Origin: a virus
IMG/VR virus record: IMGVR_UViG_3300049855_000474
Location: 89,376-153,375 of that record
Length of the DNA: 64,000 bases
Direction: 5' to 3' (one strand)
Part shown: positions 25,013 through 34,719 of the stretch, piece by piece
Layout of the letters: the number at the start of each line of letters is the position of its first letter
Numbering within the stretch: position 1 is the first letter of the stretch
Notes under the pieces: model-generated
What the model was told of the DNA's origin: nothing
What the model saw: the letters and a program-made list of their open reading frames with translations, nothing else
The model's database searches: none
Program-made: the position numbers and the translations under genes

Positions 25013-26987
25013 AAAAGGTGAAAATTCTCATCTGCTTGATATCGATCTATTAGTTGACAGTATCGTTAATAGCGGCTTATCTCCAGATGTCTTTGAAGTA
25101 GAAGTCGACATACCGCGTGCCAGAAACGTGATCGATTTCGCTACAGGTCCAACCTTCCTCAATACGCCTCTCTATGCAAAGCAAGCAGAGCAGGCAGTAA
25201 AACTGTTTGCTGAATATTGTCCGGCGTGTTCCAATCCAGATTACGTAGCCAATGTACCTACTGGGGATAGTATATCTCAGTTTCAGGACAATATACAGCT
25301 TCTCGATTACAGCATTTGCCCCAAGTGCAAGCGTAACAGAAGAGAGTTATTCACTACTTTTCCTAACGAACTCGTAAGCTGTATTGGGCAGCGAGCTGGT
25401 AAGACGGCTCTCACGGGTGGTGTTTTAATTCCCTACCAACTGCACCGTTACTTGAAAATACCCAACCCGGCAAGATACTTAGGTGTAATGCCGAGTACAA
25501 TGCTGCAGATGACCGTTGTGGCTGTTTCCGCTAAACAGGCTTACGAAACACTGTGGACAGCTATCCATGGACAGATAACAGTAGCTCCCTGGTTCACAAT
25601 GTACCATCAAGCACTCCGGGATGCGGAGAAAAAGAAGGGTGTAGCTCCAGGTACTCTACTGAGGGTACTGGACTCCTATGTCTGGTATGGTGATAAAAAG
25701 ATATCAGCTACCTATCAGGCTGCTGATATGAAGACTTTGCGCGGTAGAACTCGAATAATTTGCGCGGTGGACGAATTAAGTTGGTTTAATTCTGCAGATA
25801 GCGCTGTGCGCGCAAACGCAGAAGAAACTTACATAGCCCTGTCTAACAGTCTCCGAACCGTGCGCAACAAGACGGATCAATTGTGGGCGGCTGGTGACTA
25901 CGATGTTCCATCCGCCTACATGTTGAATATCAGTTCTCCTAGGTCACAGTTTGATAAGGTCATGTCCTTGTTAAAGGAAGCAGAGAGAGATCCTCGGAAG
26001 GCTGCCTTTCATTATGCAACATGGGAGGCGTCTCCGGAGTACAAAAAAGAAGACTTCAGATCAGAAGAAGTAAACAAACCAGTTACATTCTGGCGAGACT
26101 TCGGAGCACAGCCACCATTGGCTGATAGCCCTTTCATGCAGAACAAACATGCTATTAATGCCACAAAAACAGCCAAGACTCCTGTTTTCCAAACCAAACC
26201 TAAGTATATCAACGACAAAGCAGGATCTGGTAAGTTTATTGCGGCAGAAGTTGTTTCATGTGATACAGATAAGCAAACCGCTCGTATTATTACATGCGAT
26301 GCGGGTGAAACCGGAAACTGTTTTGCTATTGCTCTACATCACGTAGAGCGTGAAGACACTGATGTCAAAATGATTCTTGACGGTGTGGTCTCTGTAGCTC
26401 CAGAGACTGTTCAAGACTCGGATGTTGTGGTATCCATACATTTCCCGACCATGTTTGAGATCATATTGAAACTTTGTAAACACTTCAATATAAAGTATGT
26501 AGTATTCGACAGATGGAACTCTTCAGGGGAGGTCCAGCGTCTCCGTGACCTTAAGGTTGTAGCAGAGCAATACAGTCCAAAATTCCAGGATTTCCAGGAC
26601 TTCCGCAATACAGTGAACTCTGAAAACTACAAGATGCCTAAGTGGGAATATGAGAACTTAGAAGACTTGGACATTACCAACTCAAGCCAGTTGAAAAACG
26701 CTCCATACACCCACTTTGCATTACAAATGGCTACAGTACGCGAAGTAGGCAAAAAGGTACTCAAACCAGAGGCTGGTGATGACGACATGTTCAGAGCAGT
26801 TATTCTGGCTAGTCGTTACTTGATTACGTACAGAGAAGATTTCCTTAAAGCTGGTTTAGGTACGGCGAGCAGACCATTAGGATCCCTTGGCGTGGTTATC
26901 GGAAAAACGACAGCAGCGGGATACAAGGGGTCCGGAGGTCCTGTAGACTCTAAGCTAGGGAACGTAAAGAAAAGGACGCCTTTCTAA
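24954..26987 (+). CDS. terL: terminase large subunit
   Basis: LYAKQ, Walker A GQRAGKT, AVSAKQA, RGRT..AVDE Walker B, ISSP motif III, nuclease CDAG...FDRWNS...DDD; true start probably TTG 25005. Confidence 0.9.
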   Translation: MGTFGLSSDIYYRNAGCLSKKGENSHLLDIDLLVDSIVNSGLSPDVFEVEVDIPRARNVIDFATGPTFLNTPLYAKQAEQAVKLFAEYCPACSNPDYVANVPTGDSISQFQDNIQLLDYSICPKCKRNRRELFTTFPNELVSCIGQRAGKTALTGGVLIPYQLHRYLKIPNPARYLGVMPSTMLQMTVVAVSAKQAYETLWTAIHGQITVAPWFTMYHQALRDAEKKKGVAPGTLLRVLDSYVWYGDKKISATYQAADMKTLRGRTRIICAVDELSWFNSADSAVRANAEETYIALSNSLRTVRNKTDQLWAAGDYDVPSAYMLNISSPRSQFDKVMSLLKEAERDPRKAAFHYATWEASPEYKKEDFRSEEVNKPVTFWRDFGAQPPLADSPFMQNKHAINATKTAKTPVFQTKPKYINDKAGSGKFIAAEVVSCDTDKQTARIITCDAGETGNCFAIALHHVEREDTDVKMILDGVVSVAPETVQDSDVVVSIHFPTMFEIILKLCKHFNIKYVVFDRWNSSGEVQRLRDLKVVAEQYSPKFQDFQDFRNTVNSENYKMPKWEYENLEDLDITNSSQLKNAPYTHFALQMATVREVGKKVLKPEAGDDDMFRAVILASRYLITYREDFLKAGLGTASRPLGSLGVVIGKTTAAGYKGSGGPVDSKLGNVKKRTPF

Positions 26988-27418
26988 TGGACCGTCGTAA
27001 AATCGAAGCTATCGCTAAAGGTCTCGAGCGTGTAGCAGCAATGTGGACAATGCCTTCTTTAGAGGAAGAGCAGGACGAGCTAGTGCGGACGGCAAGAGAG
27101 CTTGATATACCACTGCTGCAGCTAAAGCATGGCTTCGGTAAAGCCAAGCTAGCCCTGCTGACCAATAAAGACTGGAAACGCTTAGAGAATACAGATTCCT
27201 GGAAAGTGAAAACGCTAAATCAGGCTCGAAAGTTAGCTAAAAGCTATGGTAAGGACATAAGTCCTGTGCTAGAAGCTTTTCATACAGGACATAGCTTACC
27301 AGCCCCAATCGTGCTAGAGTACAAGGACAAGCTTATCCTGATAGCCGGGAATACCAGGCTCATGATTTCGAAGATACTAAACAAATCCCCAACTGTCCTC
27401 TGGATCAAACTACCCTAA
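26987..27418 (+). CDS. ParB/Srx-like N-terminal domain protein
   Basis: LPAPIVL...LIAGNTRL. Confidence 0.65.
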   Translation: MDRRKIEAIAKGLERVAAMWTMPSLEEEQDELVRTARELDIPLLQLKHGFGKAKLALLTNKDWKRLENTDSWKVKTLNQARKLAKSYGKDISPVLEAFHTGHSLPAPIVLEYKDKLILIAGNTRLMISKILNKSPTVLWIKLP

Positions 27419-27429
27419 TGTTCACCATC

Positions 27430-27506
27430 TATAATTCCTGCGAGTCTCCTTAGTGACGCTCATTTGGCGCCACAACGGAGCAGTTGTGCATACGAATCAT
27501 CGCAGG
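27430..27506 (+). promoter_or_regulatory. TATAAT plus a structured leader occluding the SD and start codon
   Basis: TATAAT 27430; CCTGCGA/TCGCAGG, CTCC/GGAG, GTGACGCT/GGCGCCAC. Confidence 0.5.
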
Positions 27507-27677
27507 AAAAATAAGTACAAGAATTGTCAAAGTGTGATTTCAGGTAACTGGAAACCTTACTTCCGTAGGGATAAGCACAAAGTGTGCAGGCAGCAAGCTA
27601 AGCGGAAGATCTTCCACGAAGAGTGGGACGATATTCCTAACAAATACTACAAAACTCTTAGGTGGGATTATTTCTGA
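27486..27677 (+). CDS. small basic protein (MHTNHRRKNK...)
   Basis: SD GGAG 27477, GTG 27486, K/R-rich. Confidence 0.55.
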   Translation: MHTNHRRKNKYKNCQSVISGNWKPYFRRDKHKVCRQQAKRKIFHEEWDDIPNKYYKTLRWDYF

Positions 27678-27838
27678 TGACCCAGGAAGAACGATTAAAG
27701 GAATTGCTCAGGGTTCTCACTCCTGAAGAGTACGCCAAGGTGAAGGTGCCTACAAGAGAACAATTCCGAAAGGCTCTTCGCAAGGGAGCTGAAGAACTTC
27801 GACAGCACAATAATTTCAAGTACAAAGGTAGATACTGA
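27677..27838 (+). CDS. small hypothetical protein (MTQEERLKELL...)
   Basis: TGATG-coupled 53-aa ORF below the track cutoff. Confidence 0.5.
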   Translation: MTQEERLKELLRVLTPEEYAKVKVPTREQFRKALRKGAEELRQHNNFKYKGRY

Positions 27839-27904
27839 TGTCTAGCTTTTTCATGCCCAGTTCTAACACCAGCGCGCCGGTTGCGCCGGCTGGTGGAGGA
27901 AATC

Positions 27905-28084
27905 ATGGGTCACTACAAGAATCGGAAACCGAAGAAGTACAAGGGTTGCTGTTGGATGTGCGCCTGCAAGGACCGTAGAGGTGGATGCAGAAATAAACGC
28001 AAACTTAAAATACAAGAACATCGAGAAGCTATCACAGCCCGAGAAGAAGGGCTGAATGTAAAGAGGAATAAGTTTGAAGCCTAA
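27905..28084 (+). CDS. small basic Cys-containing protein (MGHYKNRKPKKYKGCCWMC...)
   Basis: SD GGAGG, ATG 27905. Confidence 0.6.
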   Translation: MGHYKNRKPKKYKGCCWMCACKDRRGGCRNKRKLKIQEHREAITAREEGLNVKRNKFEA

Positions 28085-28766
28085 TCCAAAAATTACCAAT
28101 TTCACAGAACAAGACTGGTACAGAAGAGTTGAACCTTTCATTGAAAAAGATAACGGTTGCTGGATTTGGTGTAGATCTGCACGGCTTAAAATAGCAATAG
28201 GCAGACAAAAACAAAGTATACGAGCTTTGGCGCTATGGGTATTTCGTAAAGAATATATTGAAACCACGACAAAGGTTTCGTGTAAAAACATAAAATGTTG
28301 CAATCCTGACCATATACTCAATAGTGAGGAAGAACGCTTTTGGTACTATGTAGTTAAAGCCGAAGGCTGCTGGTCCTGGAAAGGACCTACCGTACGTGAT
28401 GGATATGGTTGTTTTGGTAGTAAAACAAAGCAAGCTCATAGATACAGTTACGAAATACACAAAGGACCAATTCCAAAAAATTTGTTGATAAGACACAGCT
28501 GCCATAATCCAAGCTGTACAAACCCAGAGCATCTTAGCACAGGAACCAAGAAAGATAACAGCAGAGATATGTTCGAAGCACAAAGAGAAAATATATTAAA
28601 AGGAGTCGACAACGGTCAGGCTAAACTAACAAATGAAAAAGTTTTAGAAATAAGAGAGTTAGGCAGAACCGGAAATTATACATATCAAGAAATAGGGGAT
28701 AAATTTAGTGTCACAAAGCAGACAGCTATGGCTATATGTAAGTATAAAACATGGAAACACCTATGA
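28074..28766 (+). CDS. HNH homing endonuclease
   Basis: Two CW.W...C.NP.H modules (second intact: AHRYSY...HSCHNPSCTNPEHL...N), C-terminal AKLT HTH. Confidence 0.9.
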   Translation: MKPNPKITNFTEQDWYRRVEPFIEKDNGCWIWCRSARLKIAIGRQKQSIRALALWVFRKEYIETTTKVSCKNIKCCNPDHILNSEEERFWYYVVKAEGCWSWKGPTVRDGYGCFGSKTKQAHRYSYEIHKGPIPKNLLIRHSCHNPSCTNPEHLSTGTKKDNSRDMFEAQRENILKGVDNGQAKLTNEKVLEIRELGRTGNYTYQEIGDKFSVTKQTAMAICKYKTWKHL

Positions 28767-29689
28767 AAAGCATGTATATTACGTATCAAGATAGATATTC
28801 TGGAATGAAGATTTCGGGAAATAAAGCCGTAACGACGGATTTTATAAACAAAAATGGTCATATGAAGCGTGCTTTCTATATCACCGTACAATTAGAAGCT
28901 CCTTTATGGGGCTCCGTCCAAAGTTATGATGGGGCTGGAATGTCAGGAGGACCTCTACATTTTACAGCTGTCCTACCACGTACTATGCAACAAGGTCCTT
29001 TGTTCCAGCTTCTTAGACGTATCGAGATGGTACCAGGTGCCCCAGTTAAACCACTGTGGGATGCTTTAGCGGCTGAAGGCTGGTACGTCGCCAAAGACGG
29101 AATGCTTCGGGATAAAAAATCTGGAGCTGTTATCTCCGGAAAAGCCATTAGAAACGTCTTCACACCACAGGACGGTAAAGTACCCCATACTGGTACTGAT
29201 AGAGTTAAAGCGGAAAAATGGGCTACTCTTTTTAGCGATCTCCTGTCAGATCCAAAGACTTTTGCTGCTCAAGCCGATCACAGCATCGAATATTTGATTC
29301 TAGGTTCTGAGGAGGTGGAAATGAAAGCTTACAGGCTTTTTATTCCCAAGCTACAATCTCCCGAACGTATCGGCATAGAACCCGGCGTGGTACTTCCAGA
29401 CCCTGTGGATTTGGCGATGTGCGTGTACCACGCGTTTACGCCAAACGCACCAGCTATTGCCAAACAGTGTTTAGAGGCTACTTTAGATAAAGTAGGTCCT
29501 AAGCCCTTCCCTCTATACTTCGCTCAAACACTAATTAAGACACTAGGCACGAAAAAGTATGGACGATGGGCTGACATCCAGGGTACAAAGGGAAGCCGCT
29601 ACGACGCTACCCGAACAGCAGTAATGGCTTCAGGACTTTGGAGTCAAACTGTTCCAAACCTAATAAACCTAATGCCCGTAGATTTCTAA
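28751..29689 (+). CDS. putative endolysin / lysozyme-like peptidoglycan hydrolase
   Basis: LE...GSVQSYDGAGMSGG resembles a lysozyme-fold catalytic loop. Confidence 0.45.
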   Translation: METPMKSMYITYQDRYSGMKISGNKAVTTDFINKNGHMKRAFYITVQLEAPLWGSVQSYDGAGMSGGPLHFTAVLPRTMQQGPLFQLLRRIEMVPGAPVKPLWDALAAEGWYVAKDGMLRDKKSGAVISGKAIRNVFTPQDGKVPHTGTDRVKAEKWATLFSDLLSDPKTFAAQADHSIEYLILGSEEVEMKAYRLFIPKLQSPERIGIEPGVVLPDPVDLAMCVYHAFTPNAPAIAKQCLEATLDKVGPKPFPLYFAQTLIKTLGTKKYGRWADIQGTKGSRYDATRTAVMASGLWSQTVPNLINLMPVDF

Positions 29690-29693
29690 AGGA

Positions 29694-30401
29694 TTGGTCC
29701 AAATGAACGAAGTTCAACAATTACGAGACAAAGGACCCGAGGTCGCCAGCTTCGTTAATTTTCTAGAGAACAAGGGCGTCAGGTTCGGTAAAAAATCAGA
29801 TATTTGGTGGATGCGTTTGGTAGGCATGTTTATGCCAGACTTCATGCTATACGTAACCACAACAATAGGGAATACCATTTACTTGCCCAAGGACTTTACC
29901 AAGGGTCGAAGTAAAACAATAATACTATCTACATTGGCGCATGAGTATGTACATATAGTAGATTACCGCAGAAATAAGCTATTCCTGATATCCTATCTAT
30001 TCCCACAACTGCTTGCTGCTTTCAGCGTTTTAGCTGTCTTCGGTGCCTTCTATCAACCAATGTACTATTTCGCAGCTGCTTTAATATTTCTATTGCCTCT
30101 ACCAAGCCCTTTCCGTGTGTATTGGGAACTACGAGGCTACACCATGAGTATGGCTGTAGAAATCTGGAGGAATAGACACCTATCCCCCGATACGTATAAC
30201 AATGTAAGCCTCAGTCTTCGAGGTATCACGTATTGGCACTATATTAGCAAAGCAGCCCTACATCGAAAGCTAAGCAAGCAGCTGCGGAAAATCGAAAATA
30301 GCGACATACTAGAGAGTCAACCTTTTTCCGAGGTTCAGCTGTTCCTACTAAGCCACCGGGTAGTGCTTAGTGGATCTATACCTCCACCCAAACGTAAATG
30401 A
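29694..30401 (+). CDS. membrane-associated zinc metalloprotease-like protein
   Basis: TTIGNTIY, LAHEYVH, two TM helices, ELRGY. Confidence 0.7.
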   Translation: MVQMNEVQQLRDKGPEVASFVNFLENKGVRFGKKSDIWWMRLVGMFMPDFMLYVTTTIGNTIYLPKDFTKGRSKTIILSTLAHEYVHIVDYRRNKLFLISYLFPQLLAAFSVLAVFGAFYQPMYYFAAALIFLLPLPSPFRVYWELRGYTMSMAVEIWRNRHLSPDTYNNVSLSLRGITYWHYISKAALHRKLSKQLRKIENSDILESQPFSEVQLFLLSHRVVLSGSIPPPKRK

Positions 30402-31216
30402 AACTCACCACCGACGAAGCTAAAAGAATAAAAGCAGTACTAGACGACCTACTGAGCAAGTCGAATGCTCTACGTGAGCACGCAAGAGACAAAGACCCTG
30501 TAGGACTGATATACAAGTACGCTAATAAAGAAGACCAGGAAGCTGCTGCTTTCATTGCTTCGACGCTGTCTTACGGGAAGCAAGACACTTTTCGACCTAT
30601 CATAGCTCGGATATTGAACCAAATGGGGGATTCCCCAGTAGATTTTATTACAGATGTTCTAGTAGAAGACCTGGAAGACAAGTTCAGTTGGTTCCAATAC
30701 CGTTTCAATAAGCCTGTAGATATTGCTTGTCTTATCCTAGCACTACGTGGCGTGTACGAAACGGGGTTTACACTAGAGAATCTATTCAAGAGTGGTTATG
30801 AGGATAACAATAGCTTCCAAGAAGGGTGTTCATACCTAACAAAAGCACTAAAGAAGGACTGGTACGTTCACGCGTATGCAGGAATACATGAACATGAGTT
30901 GAAAGGATTCCAGTATCTTATACCAAGCCCCCAAGCAGGCAGTGCCTGTAAGCGGTTATGTATGTTCCTTCGGTGGATGATTCGACAGGATGACATTGAT
31001 GTAGGTAACTGGACAGATATTCCTACAAAAGACCTAATAATTCCACTGGACACGCATGTAGCTAGAATCAGCAAGGATCTAGGACTCACAAATAAAAGTG
31101 GGGGAACCTGGAAGGTTGCTGAGGATATCACGGACAGTCTTCGACAGTTGAATCCAGATGACCCGTTGGTCTACGATTTCCCTATCTGTACAGCTGGTAT
31201 ACAAGGGCAACTGTAA
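30398..31216 (+). CDS. TIGR02757/DUF2400 family protein (HhH-GPD-like)
   Basis: DPV...LSYG, YRF, SACKRLCMFLRWMIR.DDID.G.W, IPLDTHV, PDDP..YDF. Confidence 0.88.
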   Translation: MKLTTDEAKRIKAVLDDLLSKSNALREHARDKDPVGLIYKYANKEDQEAAAFIASTLSYGKQDTFRPIIARILNQMGDSPVDFITDVLVEDLEDKFSWFQYRFNKPVDIACLILALRGVYETGFTLENLFKSGYEDNNSFQEGCSYLTKALKKDWYVHAYAGIHEHELKGFQYLIPSPQAGSACKRLCMFLRWMIRQDDIDVGNWTDIPTKDLIIPLDTHVARISKDLGLTNKSGGTWKVAEDITDSLRQLNPDDPLVYDFPICTAGIQGQL

Positions 31217-31244
31217 ATTCTATCAGAAGCTGTAAAAGCTTGAG

Positions 31245-31496
31245 ATGCTAAATAAGCATTCTACAAGCTCGCTGAAAGCAGAAGAGCTGATCTCCAAAAT
31301 CCAAATCGATTTCGGGATGGAACGCGATCAAGTTCTTCTATTCATGGCGGAGGCTTTAGCCATAGCGGTCTTGGGTACAACTCAGGTCATGCTGATCCAG
31401 ATGTTCTCTAAGCAAAGTAACCGTCTGCACTACAGGCGTCTGCGTTCTGTTTTGGACACACTGGAAAAACTAGGATTTCTCAACTTCAGGGATTAA
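31245..31496 (+). CDS. hypothetical protein
   Basis: ORF preceded by the TGTAAA element. Confidence 0.55.
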   Translation: MLNKHSTSSLKAEELISKIQIDFGMERDQVLLFMAEALAIAVLGTTQVMLIQMFSKQSNRLHYRRLRSVLDTLEKLGFLNFRD

Positions 31497-31498
31497 AG

Positions 31499-31957
31499 AT
31501 GCTAACTCTCAGTACAGTGCTACGAGCAACTAATCCAGACTATGTAAGGCAAGCTAGCAAATATCGGGCTGAATATTTCAAGATAGATAATGCCAAGGAT
31601 AGTCACGGGTCTCATGTCAGAGTAGCCAGCGTCATAGAAGGAGGTTCAAAGCCAAGAAAAGCTACTATTAAGTGCTACGACGCCAAGATTTCTCCAAGCT
31701 CACCTTGTATGGTAAGTTGTTCTTGTGACCTATTTCAATACAAATTGGAGATTGCGTTAGCTGCACGTGGCTCTGCCAAGGTTGATCGAGCAGAAGCTAG
31801 AATGCCTATGAAGACCAATCCACAAATGCTCCCTGGTCTCTGCCCTCATTTAGCTTACCTGGTTAAGTTAGCTCTATCCTCCGACACAGCTAAGCAAGCA
31901 ACTATAAAACAATCAGTAAAACCCAAGATAAGCCCCAAACTAAAGAAGGGCAGGTAA
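31499..31957 (+). CDS. SWIM zinc-finger protein
   Basis: VSCSCDLF...NP...GLCPHL. Confidence 0.75.
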   Translation: MLTLSTVLRATNPDYVRQASKYRAEYFKIDNAKDSHGSHVRVASVIEGGSKPRKATIKCYDAKISPSSPCMVSCSCDLFQYKLEIALAARGSAKVDRAEARMPMKTNPQMLPGLCPHLAYLVKLALSSDTAKQATIKQSVKPKISPKLKKGR

Positions 31958-31960
31958 ACC

Positions 31961-33289
31961 TTGTCTTATTTCGAAGAACTTACAAAAGCAAATGACGCCG
32001 AAACGCTGCGTCAAGAAGAATTGTTTCCCTTATTTGCCAGAACTCATCGATTACTTAAGGAGTGTCTGAGAGCGCTGGTCCAGGAAAACTCTATAGTTCA
32101 GTTTGCTATTATCGATTTGGGTGCGGAGATTGCTGCAAACATCGATAGAAATAAGGCAATATTTACTAGGAGTATCGATTATAATAATAAAGATGATCTA
32201 GTAGATACAGTTGCTGATAAGAGTAAACAACAAGCAGAGATGCTTTGTCGCTGCATGGACCTGCAACAGGCAATGTCACGTAAAGATAAAGCTAAACAAG
32301 CTAAAATAGTCGAGAATACACAGATTTCCAGATTAGTATTCGAAACAGTAATAACAGAATGGCTTAATGCAGTCAAGCACTATAACAAGCTAGTATTAAG
32401 TTATGTCAGAGCTAATTTAGATGAAAACTTGGACAAAAAGATAGAGCTAGCTGCCGCAATCTATCGTCTTGAAAAACTTTACGACTTAGATACGATATCA
32501 GGTTATGGAACTATAGCTTTCGTTAGTAAACGAATGGAGGCTATCAGGTACATATATAATAGAATAAGTAAGGCATATGCAAGAGTAGTACTGAAAATGG
32601 CACGCAGTCAAGCGGTGTCCATAGATTACGTACTCGATAGCTATCAGGATGGGAATTGTGGACTTCTAAGAGCCATATCTTCCTATGATCATATGAGCAA
32701 TGCTAGATTTCCAGGTTATGCTAAATGGTGGATCCGGCAACGAATGCTATTCTGCATGAAGGAAAATGCGAATGTAATAAAAGTATCAAGTAATACTTGG
32801 CAGCATTATGCAAAGCTAGAATCAGTACGTATTAAAATAGAAAGCGCTAATGGTCCTGTTAGTACAGAGGAATTAGCAGAAGCTTCCGGATATGCAGAGT
32901 CTCATGTAGAAAGCATATACAATTCTATCAAAACAAGTCAAGTAAAATCCCTAGAATACCATCTAAGTTCTGAGGGATTTACTTTGATGGCGGTAGCTTC
33001 TGGTTGTTCCGATGAACCACTTATAGTGGAAGACTCTCTGGCTGCATACGAGGAAACACTTGCTTTAGAAGAGCAAACTTCACCTGAAGAACAAAACGAA
33101 AGAAATGTAGAAAGCCTACTAGGCAGAATTCCCTCCAGACTGAAAAGACTGATTTGTCTGCAGTACGGGTTGATTGATAGAATAGATCAGAATATCGACC
33201 CCGATCGAATTACCATTGAGAAGCTGAGACAGCGGTTAGCAGCAACGAAATCCAAAGATCATGTAAATGAGATCTCAGTCAAGTCATAG
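31961..33289 (+). CDS. phage-encoded sigma-70-family RNA polymerase sigma factor
   Basis: Region 2 (RVVLKMA...QDGNCGLLRAISSYD...RFPGYAKWWIRQ), region 3 (EELAEA), region 4.1-like; region 4.2 appears reduced. Confidence 0.85.
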   Translation: MSYFEELTKANDAETLRQEELFPLFARTHRLLKECLRALVQENSIVQFAIIDLGAEIAANIDRNKAIFTRSIDYNNKDDLVDTVADKSKQQAEMLCRCMDLQQAMSRKDKAKQAKIVENTQISRLVFETVITEWLNAVKHYNKLVLSYVRANLDENLDKKIELAAAIYRLEKLYDLDTISGYGTIAFVSKRMEAIRYIYNRISKAYARVVLKMARSQAVSIDYVLDSYQDGNCGLLRAISSYDHMSNARFPGYAKWWIRQRMLFCMKENANVIKVSSNTWQHYAKLESVRIKIESANGPVSTEELAEASGYAESHVESIYNSIKTSQVKSLEYHLSSEGFTLMAVASGCSDEPLIVEDSLAAYEETLALEEQTSPEEQNERNVESLLGRIPSRLKRLICLQYGLIDRIDQNIDPDRITIEKLRQRLAATKSKDHVNEISVKS

Positions 33290-33355
33290 CCTAGTTATCT
33301 AAGTATAGGGCGCATCGGCTTAGCCAAATCAGCCCACAACAAAAGGAAATATCAA

Positions 33356-34360
33356 ATGAAAAGCCTCGACGAAATCAACCCACGCACTAATGACATTAAA
33401 TGGAAAGACCAAGTTCTCTGGGCTGAGATGCCTAAGATCGAAACATGGTACCAGTTCCGAATCGTGGGAGGCGTATTCACCTACGCCCAGCATTGGCTCA
33501 AGTTCGTAACCAAGCAGGGGAAGGAAACAAGTTTCCCTGTCGATTGCTTGGCTTGGTCGAATGACCTTGAAGCTGTCGACCCTGCCACTGCCCACACCTG
33601 CCCTGGTTGCCAGGCTGGTATCAAGCCTGCTATCAAGTACATGTTCAATGTTATTGATCGTGCTGCTCAGGGTCGTGGGGATGCCGGTTATGTCAAGGGT
33701 TTTGAGTTGCCACCTACGGCAATGAAGAAGATTCTTGATCTCCGAAATCTTAATATGGTGCAAGGACGTCCTTTCAGCGTTGCACATCCAGATCACGGAT
33801 GTGACTTGTACATCCAGAAGTGTGTGATTCCAGGCAAGAAGGGTCATGACTGGCAGTTCCAAAAGGGAGATCGCTCGGTGATGTCCCCCGAGGAACGCGC
33901 AGCAGAAATCTTCGAGTTTGATACGATCTATGCTCCTGGAGATGCAAATAATGCTCGAATGAGCCTTATCCGTGCTGGATATTTGGGCAATACCGAGAAT
34001 AGCAACAATCCAGGAAACTCCGGTGGTCCGGGATCGACGCCTACAGGCGCGCAGATGCCCCCATCCGGGGCGCAGATGCCACCTTCAGGTTCGCAGATGC
34101 CTCCTACACAGAACACAGCAGCTTCCACCAGTAATCCTATCGGATTTCAGACACCTGCCCAGCAGCATGTCCAGCTTCCTGTGACCAACAACCCACCACC
34201 TGCTACTCAAATGGCAACTGGTAGTTTAGGTCGTCCGCCAGCTGATACGCAAGGTCAGACTGAGCGTCCTCAGTGTTTCGGTGGATTCTTGGGTGCCATG
34301 GAATGCATCAAATGCGTTCATAAGCCCCAGTGCCTACAGGTCACAAGCGAACGCTCGTAA
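33356..34360 (+). CDS. ssb: single-stranded DNA-binding protein (T4 gp32-like)
   Basis: AQHW...CPGC...YMFNVIDR...GCDLYIQK pattern; P/Q-rich linker. Confidence 0.7.
   Translation: MKSLDEINPRTNDIKWKDQVLWAEMPKIETWYQFRIVGGVFTYAQHWLKFVTKQGKETSFPVDCLAWSNDLEAVDPATAHTCPGCQAGIKPAIKYMFNVIDRAAQGRGDAGYVKGFELPPTAMKKILDLRNLNMVQGRPFSVAHPDHGCDLYIQKCVIPGKKGHDWQFQKGDRSVMSPEERAAEIFEFDTIYAPGDANNARMSLIRAGYLGNTENSNNPGNSGGPGSTPTGAQMPPSGAQMPPSGSQMPPTQNTAASTSNPIGFQTPAQQHVQLPVTNNPPPATQMATGSLGRPPADTQGQTERPQCFGGFLGAMECIKCVHKPQCLQVTSERS
34046..34108 (+). repeat. 3 x 21-nt tandem repeat encoding G(A/S)QMPP(S/T)
   Basis: ggcgcgcagatgcccccatcc / ggggcgcagatgccaccttca / ggttcgcagatgcctcctaca. Confidence 0.9.
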
Positions 34361-34401
34361 GCTACCAGCAAAGAGCCTGATAAGTGTAAAAGCTCTCTTT
34401 A

Positions 34402-34719
34402 ATGAGAAAAGTTACACCAAAACAGGCTCTTGAGCTAATTATCAACAAAAAACGAGTAGTTATACTCCTAGAAAAGTCTGACGAACCCTTGTGCAAGAGG
34501 GCTCGCCAGACTTTTTTGGTATCAAGGCTTCGCATAAGGCAACTAGGGTATTCCGTATATGCTGTAGAAGTAAATGAAGAAAGTTCAAAATACAAAGAGT
34601 TGGCATGCGTGCGCGTGCCGCAAACTAGACTTTTTGTAAACCAAGAGATGGTTCAAAAGCAGGTAGGCGTGCCGTCAGAGCAATTTATAGCCGACCTTCT
34701 TACGGAGAAGTTTGAGTGA
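34402..34719 (+). CDS. thioredoxin-fold protein with degenerate CxxC
   Basis: EPLCK...VEVNE...VRVPQTRLFVNQEMV...G. Confidence 0.55.
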   Translation: MRKVTPKQALELIINKKRVVILLEKSDEPLCKRARQTFLVSRLRIRQLGYSVYAVEVNEESSKYKELACVRVPQTRLFVNQEMVQKQVGVPSEQFIADLLTEKFE

